Source: Micropepsaceae bacterium (GTDB lineage Bacteria; Pseudomonadota; Alphaproteobacteria; Micropepsales; Micropepsaceae). Taken from it: 64,000 nucleotides of DNA. The translations under genes were made by a program, and so were the position numbers. The notes below the pieces were generated by a model, which saw nothing but the letters and a program-made list of their open reading frames with translations, did not search any database and was not told the DNA's origin. The stretch spans positions 798 to 64,797 of the forward strand of contig DASYEG010000116.1 of assembly GCA_036499145.1 (NCBI GenBank), written 5' to 3'. Positions 9,853-19,443 of the stretch are shown here, piece by piece (the first letter of the stretch is position 1; every line of letters starts with the position of its first letter).

Positions 9853-10608
9853 CTAGTTGGCAAGAAAGGCCACAACCGCATCCTTGAAACTGCGATCGCC
9901 GACCGTCGAATGATGATTGCGCTTAGGAACGATCAGGGTCGCGGCATCGCGGAACGCATCGGACAGTGGCCCGGGCGATCCCGCCGTGTCGTCCTGTTCG
10001 CCGCAGACGACAAGCACCTTCTGCGCCAGCGCGCGCAGTTCCTCGGGCGGAAAGATGCGTCGCGGACGGCGGATGCAAGCGGCCATCGCGACAAGATCGT
10101 CGCCGGCTTTTTCGCAGAAGCTACGGTATTCGCGCGCCACGGGATCGGTGACCTCAGTGGCGTCCTTCGCCAAAAGCCCCGCGGCAATGGATTCAACCGC
10201 GTCCTTCGAGGGACGGAAATAATTCTCGCCGATGCCGGCCAGGATCGTGCGCCGCACCCGGCCCGGCGCATCATGCATCAGCCGGATCGCGATCTGCGCG
10301 CCCATGGAATAACCCATGACGTCGACTTCCGGGATTTCAAGCGCGGCCAGCACAGCGATGACATCCATCGCCATACGCTCCTCATCGTAATCGGCCGGCT
10401 CATGCGGCTTCTCGCTTTCGCCATGGCCGCGGCAGTCGATGGCGATCAGTTTGTGCCGGGCGCGCTGAACCGTCTGATACCAATTGGTGTTGGACCAGGT
10501 GATATTGCGATTGGCGCCGAACCCATGGATCAGCACGAGAGGCAGACCATCGCCCATACAATCATAGGCGATGTCCGTTCCGTCCGAGACAGTAACGTAA
10601 TAAGTCAT
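9853..10608 (-). CDS. alpha/beta hydrolase
   Basis: 251 aa. Has LVLIHGFGAN (oxyanion region) and the nucleophile elbow GYSMG. Lies 21 nt upstream of gcdH on the same strand. Confidence 0.85.
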   Translation of the reverse strand: MTYYVTVSDGTDIAYDCMGDGLPLVLIHGFGANRNITWSNTNWYQTVQRARHKLIAIDCRGHGESEKPHEPADYDEERMAMDVIAVLAALEIPEVDVMGYSMGAQIAIRLMHDAPGRVRRTILAGIGENYFRPSKDAVESIAAGLLAKDATEVTDPVAREYRSFCEKAGDDLVAMAACIRRPRRIFPPEELRALAQKVLVVCGEQDDTAGSPGPLSDAFRDAATLIVPKRNHHSTVGDRSFKDAVVAFLAN

Positions 10609-10685
10609 GGGTGGGGTAACTCGCGCGTTTGGACGCGCTTTGCAAGCCGGTTGCGCTCCTGTACGCGAAGGCCCAGCATGGCTCC

Positions 10686-11051
10686 ATGAATGGATGGCTT
10701 TTGGTGGGCGCCGTGAACGGGTTCCTTGCGGTGGCGGCGGGCGCTTTTGCCGCGCATGGGCTGGAGGGCCGCGTCAGCCTGCGCGCGCTGGAGATATTCC
10801 AGACGGGGGCAGGATACCACTTGACCCATGCGCTCGCGATCGTGGCCACGAGTTTCGTCGGGGGTGCTAGGGGGGCACGCGCCGGTGTCGCGGCCTGGCT
10901 GTTCACCTTGGGCATCGTGCTCTTCTCGGGATCGCTATACTTCATGGTTCTGGCGGACTCGACCGCGCTCGTGCTGGCAACGCCGTTGGGCGGCGTGTGC
11001 CTGCTGGCCGGGTGGGCAGCACTCGGATTCGCCGCCCTCAAACACGACTAA
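10686..11051 (+). CDS. DUF423 (YgdD/TMEM256-like) membrane protein
   Basis: ORF 10629..11051 with start set to ATG 10686 (MNGWLLVGAVNGFLAVAAGAFAAHGL). Four hydrophobic helices. Confidence 0.8.
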   Translation: MNGWLLVGAVNGFLAVAAGAFAAHGLEGRVSLRALEIFQTGAGYHLTHALAIVATSFVGGARGARAGVAAWLFTLGIVLFSGSLYFMVLADSTALVLATPLGGVCLLAGWAALGFAALKHD

Positions 11052-11092
11052 GACTTTCCGGCTGCGTCCAAAACTGCGATTCTGTGAATCTC

Positions 11093-11977
11093 ATGCCACC
11101 ATCCAACCCGACCGACAGCTTTTCCTACGCCACCGAAGACGATCCGCGGCTGAAGCGTCTGCTCATCCGCGCCATCGAGCGCATGACCGGACAGCCGCAC
11201 CTCAAGCGGCTCTACGATGAGCACCGCACCAACCCGGTACCGGGAGAAAGCTTCTGGGCAGCGGCGATCCGGAATCTGGAACTGAATGTCGTCTGCAATG
11301 ATGATGCCCTCGCGCAATTGCCGGCTACGGGCCCATTGGTCATTGTGGCGAACCATCCTTTCGGCGTTCTCGATGGGCTGATCATCTCCTATCTGACGTC
11401 CCGGGTCCGCAACGACTTCCTCGTCCTCACCAACAGCGTCCTCTATCAGGCCGATGAGATCCGCGAGCATTTGCTGCCCATCGATTTTGCCGAAACCAAG
11501 GAAGCGCTGGGCACCAATCTGAAATCGCGCGCTGCCGCCAAAGCGCATGTCGTCAAAGGGGGCTGCCTCGTGATATTTCCGGCGGGCGGGGCCTCGACCG
11601 TGCCCAAGCCCTGGAGCAAACGCGCCGTCGATCCGGAATGGAAGAATTTTTCCGCGCGCCTCATTGTTTCGGCGAAGGCGCCGGTCATACCGGTCTATTT
11701 CGCGGGCCAAAACAGCCGGCTGTTCCAGGTCGCAAGCCACATCAGCATGACGCTGAGGCTCTCGCTCTTCTTCAAAGAAGTGTACGACAAGATCGGCAGC
11801 GAGATACATGTTCGCATCGGCGGGCTTATTCCGTACAAGGAGCTGGAACATTTGGACCGCAAGGATCTGATGGAACATTTGCGCAAGGCGACCTATGCGC
11901 TGGGTGCAGATCTGCCGGATGCTGAGATTCGCGGCAAACGTCCGCGCCCTTTTCCCCCGCCCGGCAAACGCTCATGA
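11093..11977 (+). CDS. lysophospholipid (PlsC-like) acyltransferase family protein
   Basis: ORF 10997..11977 with start set to ATG 11093 (MPPSNPTDSF). Has the HX4D acyltransferase motif in VANHPFGVLDG and the FPAGG block (VIFPAGGAS). Confidence 0.75.
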   Translation: MPPSNPTDSFSYATEDDPRLKRLLIRAIERMTGQPHLKRLYDEHRTNPVPGESFWAAAIRNLELNVVCNDDALAQLPATGPLVIVANHPFGVLDGLIISYLTSRVRNDFLVLTNSVLYQADEIREHLLPIDFAETKEALGTNLKSRAAAKAHVVKGGCLVIFPAGGASTVPKPWSKRAVDPEWKNFSARLIVSAKAPVIPVYFAGQNSRLFQVASHISMTLRLSLFFKEVYDKIGSEIHVRIGGLIPYKELEHLDRKDLMEHLRKATYALGADLPDAEIRGKRPRPFPPPGKRS

Positions 11978-12750
11978 ACGCGCCAAACAATAAGGGCGCG
12001 AATCCGCACGTCGGCCTTCTGGTGACATGCCTTGCCGACATGTTCCGCCCGGAGGTCGGCTTTGCCGCAGTGAAGCTACTCGAACAGGCGGGCTGCGATG
12101 TCGAGGTTCCGGCGCAAAGCTGCTGCGGCCAGCCAGCCTATAATGCGGGCGATGCGAAGGACGCGGCTGCACTGGCGAAGCAGGTGATCGCCAATTTCGA
12201 AGCGTTTGATTTCGTGGTTGTGCCATCCGGTTCCTGCGGCGGCATGGCGAAGGTCCATTATCCGCATCTATTAAAGGACGATCCAGCCTGGGCCCTGCGC
12301 GCGAACGCGCTGGCCGCGAAGACCCATGAGCTGTTCTCGTTTCTGGTGAATGTGCGCGGAATGAAAAATGTCGCGGCGGCATGCAACGGCCGGGCGGCCT
12401 ATCATGATTCCTGCTCGTCACTGCGCGAGATGAATGTGTCGGGCGAACCGCGTCTACTGCTGCAATCCGTTGACGGCCTGAGCGTCCGCGATCTCGCGGA
12501 AAAGGAAACCTGCTGCGGCTTCGGCGGATTCTTCTCGGTCAAATATCCCGAAGTCTCCGCCCGCATGGCCGACGACAAAATCGCCGATGCCAAAGCCACG
12601 GGCGCGCAGATGATCCTGGCAGGTGATCTTGGCTGCCTGCTGCATCTGGCGGGACGCCTTTCGCGCAAAGGCGAGGCCTTGCACGTGCGCCATGCGGCGG
12701 AGGTGCTGGCCGGCATGACCGATGGTCCGGCAATCGGTGAAGCCGAGTGA
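11974..12750 (+). CDS. lutA: lactate utilisation protein A, (Fe-S)-binding CCG-domain protein
   Basis: Start overlaps the upstream stop (ATGA). Has VGLLVTCLADMFRPEVG and two CCG motifs (SCCGQPAYNAG, TCCGFGG). Confidence 0.85.
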   Translation: MNAPNNKGANPHVGLLVTCLADMFRPEVGFAAVKLLEQAGCDVEVPAQSCCGQPAYNAGDAKDAAALAKQVIANFEAFDFVVVPSGSCGGMAKVHYPHLLKDDPAWALRANALAAKTHELFSFLVNVRGMKNVAAACNGRAAYHDSCSSLREMNVSGEPRLLLQSVDGLSVRDLAEKETCCGFGGFFSVKYPEVSARMADDKIADAKATGAQMILAGDLGCLLHLAGRLSRKGEALHVRHAAEVLAGMTDGPAIGEAE

Positions 12751-14180
12751 GCACGGATGCAAGCCAATTTCCGCGTGAGGCGCGCGCCGCACTGCATGAC
12801 GTGCGGCTGCAGGGTGCGCTTGCGCATCTCAAAGAGGGATTCCAGCACAAACGCGCGGCCGCCTTTGCCGGTTTCCCTATCCCGTTCGAAGCATTGCGCG
12901 AGCAAGGACGCGCCATCCGCGATTCGGCACTCTCGCAACTGGACGGCCTGCTTCTGCAATTCGAAACACAAGTCGAGGCCGCGGGCGGCCACGTTCACTG
13001 GGCGCGCGATGCGGCCGAGGCGCGCGATGTTGTCACCGGCATCCTGAAGCAAGCGGGGGCAAAAACCGTCACCAAGGGCAAATCGATGGTGACTGAAGAG
13101 ATAGAGCTGAATGCCCATCTCGTGGCGCAGGGAATCACACCTGTGGAAACCGATCTCGGCGAATACATCATCCAGCTTCGCGACGAGAAGCCGAGCCACA
13201 TTGTGGCGCCCGCGTTCCATCTGCAGCGCAGCGATGTGGAGGAGAGCTTTCGCACGGCGCACCAGAGCCTGCCCGAGGCGCGCAGTCTGGATGACCGTCC
13301 CGCTCTCGTCGGGGAAGCCCGCGCGGTGCTGCGCCGGCATTTCGAAGCCGCAGATGCCGGGATTACCGGCGCCAATTTCCTGATTGCGGAAACCGGCACC
13401 GCGATCATCGTCACCAATGAAGGCAATGGCGATCTGACGCGGCTTTTGCCGCGCACCCATATCGTGGTGACAGGGATCGAGAAGATCGTCCCGCGTCTTG
13501 CCGATGCCGCCATTCTGCTGCGCCTGCTCACCCGCTCCGCGACGGGTCAGGAGATCACGTCCTATGTGAGCTTCATGAGCGGACCCAAGCGCAAAGAGGA
13601 TGCAGACGGTCCGGAAAATTTCCACGTCGTGCTGCTGGACAACGGGCGTAGCGCCTTGCTTTCCAGCCCGGCTCGGGAGGTGCTGCAATGCATACGCTGC
13701 GGCGCCTGCATGAATCATTGTCCCGTCTATGGCGCGGTCGGCGGCCACGCCTATGGCGCGACCTATCCCGGACCGCTCGGCGCAGCCCTCGATCCCGGAC
13801 TCGATGGGCTGACCAAGACCTATCATCTGCCCAATGCGTCGAGCTTTTGCGGGCGCTGCGAAACCGTGTGCCCGGTGAAGATCCCGCTCACGCGCATCAT
13901 GCGCCATTGGCGCAATGAGGCGTTCGCGCGCGGTATTCCGTCATGGTCTTTCGATGCCGGCCTCAAAATGTGGAGCTGGATTGCACGGCACCCCCCTCTC
14001 TACGCGATGGGAACCGCGATTGCCGCACGGATCATGCGCGCCATCGCGGGTAAGCATCCGCGGCTGCGTTCGCTCCCTATCCTATCGGGCTGGTTCGCCG
14101 CGCGCGATCTCGCCAAGCCCGCCGCCGTGAGTTTCCAGGCACGATGGCACAGCCGCCGTCCTGGGAAACGCCATCCATGA
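12747..14180 (+). CDS. lutB: lactate utilisation iron-sulfur protein LutB/LldF
   Basis: GTG start overlapping the lutA stop (GTGA). Has a LUD-type domain plus two 4Fe-4S motifs (CIRCGACMNHCP and CGRCETVCP). Confidence 0.9.
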   Translation: MSTDASQFPREARAALHDVRLQGALAHLKEGFQHKRAAAFAGFPIPFEALREQGRAIRDSALSQLDGLLLQFETQVEAAGGHVHWARDAAEARDVVTGILKQAGAKTVTKGKSMVTEEIELNAHLVAQGITPVETDLGEYIIQLRDEKPSHIVAPAFHLQRSDVEESFRTAHQSLPEARSLDDRPALVGEARAVLRRHFEAADAGITGANFLIAETGTAIIVTNEGNGDLTRLLPRTHIVVTGIEKIVPRLADAAILLRLLTRSATGQEITSYVSFMSGPKRKEDADGPENFHVVLLDNGRSALLSSPAREVLQCIRCGACMNHCPVYGAVGGHAYGATYPGPLGAALDPGLDGLTKTYHLPNASSFCGRCETVCPVKIPLTRIMRHWRNEAFARGIPSWSFDAGLKMWSWIARHPPLYAMGTAIAARIMRAIAGKHPRLRSLPILSGWFAARDLAKPAAVSFQARWHSRRPGKRHP

Positions 14181-14785
14181 GCGCGGCGCGTGAGACTATT
14201 CTGCAGGCCATCGCCAAAGGGCGCGGCGTGGCGAAGCCTGTACCGGATTACATACTCCCTTCATGGCCCGGAGAGACCGGCGCTCATTTCATCACCAAAG
14301 CCAAGGCAAGCATCGCCGCCGTACATGAAATCGTGTCGCCCGAGGATGCCCCCGAAACAATTCTGTCGATCCTGATCGCCGACGGCCTTACGTCACGCCT
14401 GCATCTTCCGGCAGCATCCCCGCTGAACGCGCTCCCCTGGCATCGCGCACCGGGCCTCACGCTCCTCCCTGAGCCGCCCGACGGCAATGACAGCGCGTTT
14501 TCGATGGCCGATTACGGCATTGCCGAAACCGGAACGCTGGTCTTCTTTTCGGGACCGCGAAGTGCTTCATCCTGGCATTTTCGCCCCGGGTGCGAGTTCG
14601 TGCTTCTGTCCCGCAATGCCATTCTGCCGCGCGTCGAGGATATCATCGCGCTTATCGCCCCCTGGAAATCGATGCCGGCGACGCTCAATCTCGTCACCGG
14701 ACCCTCGCGCACCGCCGACATTGAGCAGACCATAGAATTGGGCGCGCATGGACCACGGGCGCTGCACATTCTGATTGCCGGCTAA
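14177..14785 (+). CDS. lutC: lactate utilisation protein C (LUD domain)
   Basis: ORF 14144..14785. ATG 14177 overlaps the lutB stop (ATGA) and gives MSAARETILQAIAKGRG. It completes the lutABC order. Confidence 0.8.
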   Translation: MSAARETILQAIAKGRGVAKPVPDYILPSWPGETGAHFITKAKASIAAVHEIVSPEDAPETILSILIADGLTSRLHLPAASPLNALPWHRAPGLTLLPEPPDGNDSAFSMADYGIAETGTLVFFSGPRSASSWHFRPGCEFVLLSRNAILPRVEDIIALIAPWKSMPATLNLVTGPSRTADIEQTIELGAHGPRALHILIAG

Positions 14786-14919
14786 ACGGTTGCAGACCGG
14801 CAAGCGCCTCTATCCTAACAGGATTTATGCTTCGCAAACCGGCGAAACCAAGCATTAATTCCCCTGCTCTACTATTGCGATCCGCATCGCGAAATTCGCG
14901 TGCACAGACCGGGGGACAT

Positions 14920-16053
14920 ATGCGCGCCCAACAATCCTTATGGACCGCACATCAGGGCTGGACCGGACATTCCGGCGGCCCGGCCGACCTCTTGCTTGCT
15001 TTTGGCGGCACGCGGGCCGTTACCGACCGCGACCTCTGGAACGAACTCGCATCGCGTCACCCCGGCGCGATCCTGCTCGGCTGCAGCACGGGCGGCGAGA
15101 TCCATGGCTCGGATGTTCTTGACGAAAGTCTTTCGGTGACATCTCTGTCTTTCGCGCGCACCCCTTTGCGGTCCGCCGAAGCCATTGTCGGCAGCGCAGC
15201 CGATTCCTTCAAGGCAGGCCAGGAAATCGGCAAGAGCCTGTATGCGCTGGACCTCAAGACAATCTTCGTCCTTTCCGATGGCACGCGGGTGAACGGCAGT
15301 GAACTCGTGCGCGGCATCCGGACCTGCACGGGAAACAAAGTTATCATCACCGGGGGCCTTGCTGGGGATGGACCGCGCTTCGGCACCACCTATGTCGGCC
15401 TCAACGGCACGCCCATACCGGGCCGGGTCGCAGCTGTGGGATTCTACGGCGAAGCCATCGCGGTCGGTCATGGCAGCGCCGGAGGCTGGGACGTATTCGG
15501 GCCAGAGCGGAACATAACGCGCTCCAAAGGCAATGTGCTTTACGAGCTTGACGGAAAACCTGCACTGGATCTCTACAAGCATTATCTTGGCGAGGACGCC
15601 GAAAGACTGCCGGGAAGCGCACTGCTGTTTCCGCTGAAGGTCTACCCGCGCGATTGTGCCGGTGAGGCCTTGACCCGTACGATTGTTGCGGTGAGCGAAA
15701 CCGATCGCACCATGACCTTTGCCGGCGACATGCCAGAGGGCTTCAGCGCCCAATTGATGCGCGGCAATTTCGACCGGCTGGTCGAAGGCGCAGCCGATGC
15801 GGCCCAGCAAGCCGCACTTTCGCAACTCGGAGATCAGGTTGCGATTCTCGTGAGTTGCATTGGGCGCAAATTGCTTCTGGGTCAGCGCATTTGCGAAGAG
15901 GTCGAAGCGGTCCAAGATGTCTTCGGACAAAAAACGGCGCTGACGGGTTTCTATTCCTACGGCGAGGTTTCTCCGCATGCCACGACGCATTGCGCGGAAC
16001 TGCACAACCAAACCATGACCATTACCGTCTTCGGTGAGAGCACTGGTGCATAA
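14920..16053 (+). CDS. FIST-domain signal-transduction protein
   Basis: ORF 14827..16053. ATG 14920 is preceded by GGGGGA. Layout is FIST_N/FIST_C-like (LLLAFGG..., ILLGCSTGGEI, VLSDGTRVNGSELVRG, GFYSYGEV). Confidence 0.8.
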   Translation: MRAQQSLWTAHQGWTGHSGGPADLLLAFGGTRAVTDRDLWNELASRHPGAILLGCSTGGEIHGSDVLDESLSVTSLSFARTPLRSAEAIVGSAADSFKAGQEIGKSLYALDLKTIFVLSDGTRVNGSELVRGIRTCTGNKVIITGGLAGDGPRFGTTYVGLNGTPIPGRVAAVGFYGEAIAVGHGSAGGWDVFGPERNITRSKGNVLYELDGKPALDLYKHYLGEDAERLPGSALLFPLKVYPRDCAGEALTRTIVAVSETDRTMTFAGDMPEGFSAQLMRGNFDRLVEGAADAAQQAALSQLGDQVAILVSCIGRKLLLGQRICEEVEAVQDVFGQKTALTGFYSYGEVSPHATTHCAELHNQTMTITVFGESTGA

Positions 16054-18079
16054 GCTTCTCGCCCGGCAATTGCGTGCGGCCACTAAGGAGGGAGCCGGCA
16101 TCGATCTCGACGCATTGATCGCGATCGTGGATCAAACCTATGCCGAATTCGACCGCGAACGCCGGCTGAACGATCGTGCCGCCACCCTCATGGAGGATGA
16201 GCTGAAGGCCGCGAATGCCGAGGCCAAGCGCGAACACGACATCGTACTGGCGGCGATTCTCGACAATGCGTCGGACGGAATGCTGGTCCTGCGGGGGAAC
16301 GGGGAAATCGTCATCGCCAATGCCGCGGCGGAGAAACAGTTCGCCGCATCTGTGGGAGCGCTCACCGGCATGCGGATCGCCATGCTTCTGGGCGAGGACG
16401 CCCATGCGATCGCGCGCGGAGAATATGGGCAGGGCGCAATGCCGGAACTCTCGGGCATGACGCTGGACGGACGCGCCTTTCCCATCGAGTATTCCTGCGC
16501 CGATCTGGACGTGTCCGGCGACAGGCGTCAGCTCTGGATGATTCGCGACATTTCGGAGCGCGTGCGCGCTCAGCGCGAAATCATGGAAAGCCGCATGCGC
16601 TTCCAGGATTTCGCGGAAGCCTCCTCCGACTGTTTCTGGGAGATGGATGCGAACCTGAAACAAGTCGAGGTCAGCTCCGCCTTACAGTCCGAACCCGTCG
16701 CGAATTTGTCCTCGCTCCTGGTGCCCGGTCCGGACGGGCTCACGCCCAAGGGGGTTGTGGAAGAGGGCTGGCGCGCATTCCGGCAGAATCTTTCGGCGCG
16801 CCAGCGTTTTCGCCTACGGCTCGATATCACCGGAAGCGACGGCGAAATATTATATGTGGCCGTCGGAGGCAAACCGGTTTTCGATCTCGATGGCGGCTTC
16901 CGCGGCTATCGCGGGACGGCGCGCGATGTGACGCGCGAAGTCGCGGCGCGCGAAGCGGCGCGGCGGGCTGAGCGCCGCCTGATCGAAGCGATGGATGCCG
17001 CGCCGTGCGCCGTAGCGCTGCTGGATTCGCGTCTGAGACTCGTGAGCGGCAATTCCGCACTGAGGACCATGGCATCGGCAAAAGGCGGCCGTCTGCCGTT
17101 CGGCGGATCGTTCCAGGACTTTCTCGGCGGCCTGAAAGCCGACGATATTGCCCCACAAAGTTTGCGCGGCCTCGTCCAAACCGGCGAGATGCGGGAAATG
17201 GCGATCGGTGGTTCGTGGTATCTGGCCGCGGCGGGCAGCTTGTCGGATGGCGGGATGGTTCTCACCTTTTCAGACGTCACCGCGCTCAAGGAACGCGAGC
17301 GCGAGCTTGCCGAGTCGAAGCTATCGGCCGAGTCCGCCAGCCGCCTCAAATCCCAGTTCCTTGCCACGATGAGCCATGAGCTGCGGACGCCCCTCAACGC
17401 GATTCTCGGTTTCTCCGAAGTCATCCGTGACGGCGTATTCGGGCGCAGCCAGAACGCCTGGGGAAAATACGCGGAATATGCCTCCTCGATCCATGCCAGC
17501 GGACGCCACTTGTTGTCGCTGATCTCGGAGATACTCGACCTCTCCAAGATCGAGGCGGGAAGTTATGTCCTCGATCTGCGCACGATCGATTTGCATGAGG
17601 TGGTGGAGGACGCCCTCACCATCGTGTCTCCGGCGGCGATGAAAGCCGGTGTCCAGCTCTGTCCGATCCTGCCGGCCGGCGAGATCTGGCTCACCGCGGA
17701 CGAGCGCGCCGTGCGCCAGATCGCTCTCAATCTTCTTTCCAACGCCGTCAAGTTCACTCCCGGTGGCGGCAGCGTCACAATCGAGGTGAGCACGGCTGGC
17801 GAAGAAGCAAAATTCACCGTCACCGACACCGGCATCGGTATCGACAAGGCACACGTATCGACGGTGTTCGAACTCTTCCGCCAGGTGGATTCCAGTCTCC
17901 AAAGGCGCCATGAGGGCACAGGGCTGGGTTTGGCCATCACGAAAAGGCTGATCGAACTGCATGGCGGCACGATTTCACTCGAAAGCGAACTCGCGGTCGG
18001 CACCAAGGTGAGCGTGACGTTTCCGGACGCGCTTGCCAGAACCAGCTCCGCGCCTATTCTCAAGGGCGCCGCGGCGTAG
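16034..18079 (+). CDS. PAS-domain sensor histidine kinase (no receiver domain)
   Basis: GTG start overlapping the FIST gene end. Has PAS-like segments, the H-box SQFLATMSHELRTPLNAILGFSE, and N/G1/G2 boxes (LLSNAVKFTPGGG, DTGIGI, GTGLGLAI). Confidence 0.85.
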   Translation: MRALVHKLLARQLRAATKEGAGIDLDALIAIVDQTYAEFDRERRLNDRAATLMEDELKAANAEAKREHDIVLAAILDNASDGMLVLRGNGEIVIANAAAEKQFAASVGALTGMRIAMLLGEDAHAIARGEYGQGAMPELSGMTLDGRAFPIEYSCADLDVSGDRRQLWMIRDISERVRAQREIMESRMRFQDFAEASSDCFWEMDANLKQVEVSSALQSEPVANLSSLLVPGPDGLTPKGVVEEGWRAFRQNLSARQRFRLRLDITGSDGEILYVAVGGKPVFDLDGGFRGYRGTARDVTREVAAREAARRAERRLIEAMDAAPCAVALLDSRLRLVSGNSALRTMASAKGGRLPFGGSFQDFLGGLKADDIAPQSLRGLVQTGEMREMAIGGSWYLAAAGSLSDGGMVLTFSDVTALKERERELAESKLSAESASRLKSQFLATMSHELRTPLNAILGFSEVIRDGVFGRSQNAWGKYAEYASSIHASGRHLLSLISEILDLSKIEAGSYVLDLRTIDLHEVVEDALTIVSPAAMKAGVQLCPILPAGEIWLTADERAVRQIALNLLSNAVKFTPGGGSVTIEVSTAGEEAKFTVTDTGIGIDKAHVSTVFELFRQVDSSLQRRHEGTGLGLAITKRLIELHGGTISLESELAVGTKVSVTFPDALARTSSAPILKGAAA

Positions 18080-18168
18080 CGCGAATTCGCGCCTTCGCGG
18101 TCTTGCGTGCGTCAAGCCCGGCGGTCTACTAGCATCCGTGCCGGGTCCCTTGAGATGCCGCTTCCTCC

Positions 18169-19443
18169 ATGTCCGAGTCACCGCCAGACGTGCCGAGCCT
18201 GCCGCCTTGGCTGATGCGACTGCCGCGCGTGTTCCGGCACCGCAATTACCGGCTGTTCTATGCCGGCCAGGGCGTGGCCCTGATGGGCGCGTGGGTCCAA
18301 ACCGTGGCGCTCTCCTGGCTCGTCTACCGCCTTAGTCATTCGGTGTTTCTTTTGGGGCTTGTCTCCTTCGTCGCGCAGGCGCCGATCTTCTTCATCACGC
18401 CCTTTGCCGGCATGATCGCCGACCGGCACGACCGGCGCTTCGTCTTCATGATCACGCGTGCTCTTTGCATGATTCAGGCTGCGATCCTCACCGTCCTCAC
18501 ACTCACCGACAATGCCGGCATCGGAACCATCATCGCACTGGCGCTGGTCCTGGGGATCATCACGGCGGTGGAAACGCCGGTGAGACAGTCCTTCACGGTG
18601 GAAATGGTCGGGCGCGAGGATCTGCGCCAGGCGATTGCCTTCAACGCCATGATGTTCAATCTCGCGCGCACCTTGGGACCGGCGATCGGCGGGGTGATCG
18701 TAGCGGTTCTTGGCGAAGGGCTGTGCTTCCTGTTGAACACGCTGTCCTATGGTGCGGTTCTGACAAGTCTGTTCCTGATGCGCACAAAATCGCGCACTGG
18801 CCGGCCAACCACCCACCCCTGGGACGATCTGAAACAGGGATTCCAATATGTCACGCGTCACCCGCATCTGCGCATGGTGCTGTTTCTTTCCGCCACATGC
18901 TCCTGTTTCGGAACCTCCTATCTCGCGCTGATGCCGGCCTTCACGCAGGACATCCTGCATCAAGGCGCTGAGGCGCTCGGTTATCTCATCAGCGCCTTCG
19001 GCGTGGGCGCGATTTCGGGGGCTATCCTGGTGTCGCGGCTGCACGAGCGGCACCTGGCATTGACGCCTACCATCATGGCGGTGCTTCTGGGCGCGAGTCT
19101 GATAATTTTCGCCAACACCCAATCGATGCTGCTGGCGCTCTTGTTCGTTGTGCCCACTGGCTTGGGCTATCTCGGCATCGCGGTCTCCAGCAACACGCAA
19201 GTACAGACGCTGTCCGACGATGGGATGCTGGGCCGCATGATGGCTTTCTACGCGATGGGAGCACTGGGAACTCCCCCGTTCGGAGCGCTGCTGCTCGGCT
19301 ATATTTCCGACCTCGTGGGCGTGCGCAGTGCGTTCATGTTGAGCGGCGCCATCTGTCTCATTGCCGCAGGGCTCTCGCTGATGAGTCTCAGACGCCGCGG
19401 TCTCGTGGATTTCGCCGTCCTTCGCGAGGCGCAGGAACCATGA
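18169..19443 (+). CDS. MFS transporter (MFS_3 / EntS-like exporter type)
   Basis: 424 aa with about 12 hydrophobic helices. The N-terminus FRHRNYRLFYAGQGVALMGAWVQTVALSWLVYRL is typical of the enterobactin-exporter-like MFS subfamily. Its stop overlaps the next start (ATGA 19440-19443). Confidence 0.85.
   Translation: MSESPPDVPSLPPWLMRLPRVFRHRNYRLFYAGQGVALMGAWVQTVALSWLVYRLSHSVFLLGLVSFVAQAPIFFITPFAGMIADRHDRRFVFMITRALCMIQAAILTVLTLTDNAGIGTIIALALVLGIITAVETPVRQSFTVEMVGREDLRQAIAFNAMMFNLARTLGPAIGGVIVAVLGEGLCFLLNTLSYGAVLTSLFLMRTKSRTGRPTTHPWDDLKQGFQYVTRHPHLRMVLFLSATCSCFGTSYLALMPAFTQDILHQGAEALGYLISAFGVGAISGAILVSRLHERHLALTPTIMAVLLGASLIIFANTQSMLLALLFVVPTGLGYLGIAVSSNTQVQTLSDDGMLGRMMAFYAMGALGTPPFGALLLGYISDLVGVRSAFMLSGAICLIAAGLSLMSLRRRGLVDFAVLREAQEP

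Noticed and set aside
9409-10689. 426-aa plus-strand ORF opposite gcdH and the alpha/beta hydrolase
   Set aside because: It crosses the boundary of two real minus-strand genes and has no motifs. It is a high-GC antisense artefact.
12402-13907. 501-aa minus-strand ORF opposite lutB
   Set aside because: Shadow ORF of a gene with clear Fe-S and LUD motifs. It has a low-complexity Arg/Ala/Gly composition.
18079-18092. 14-nt palindrome GCGCGAATTCGCGC at the kinase stop codon; considered as a terminator
   Set aside because: It has no loop and no downstream T-run, so there is insufficient evidence for a terminator.
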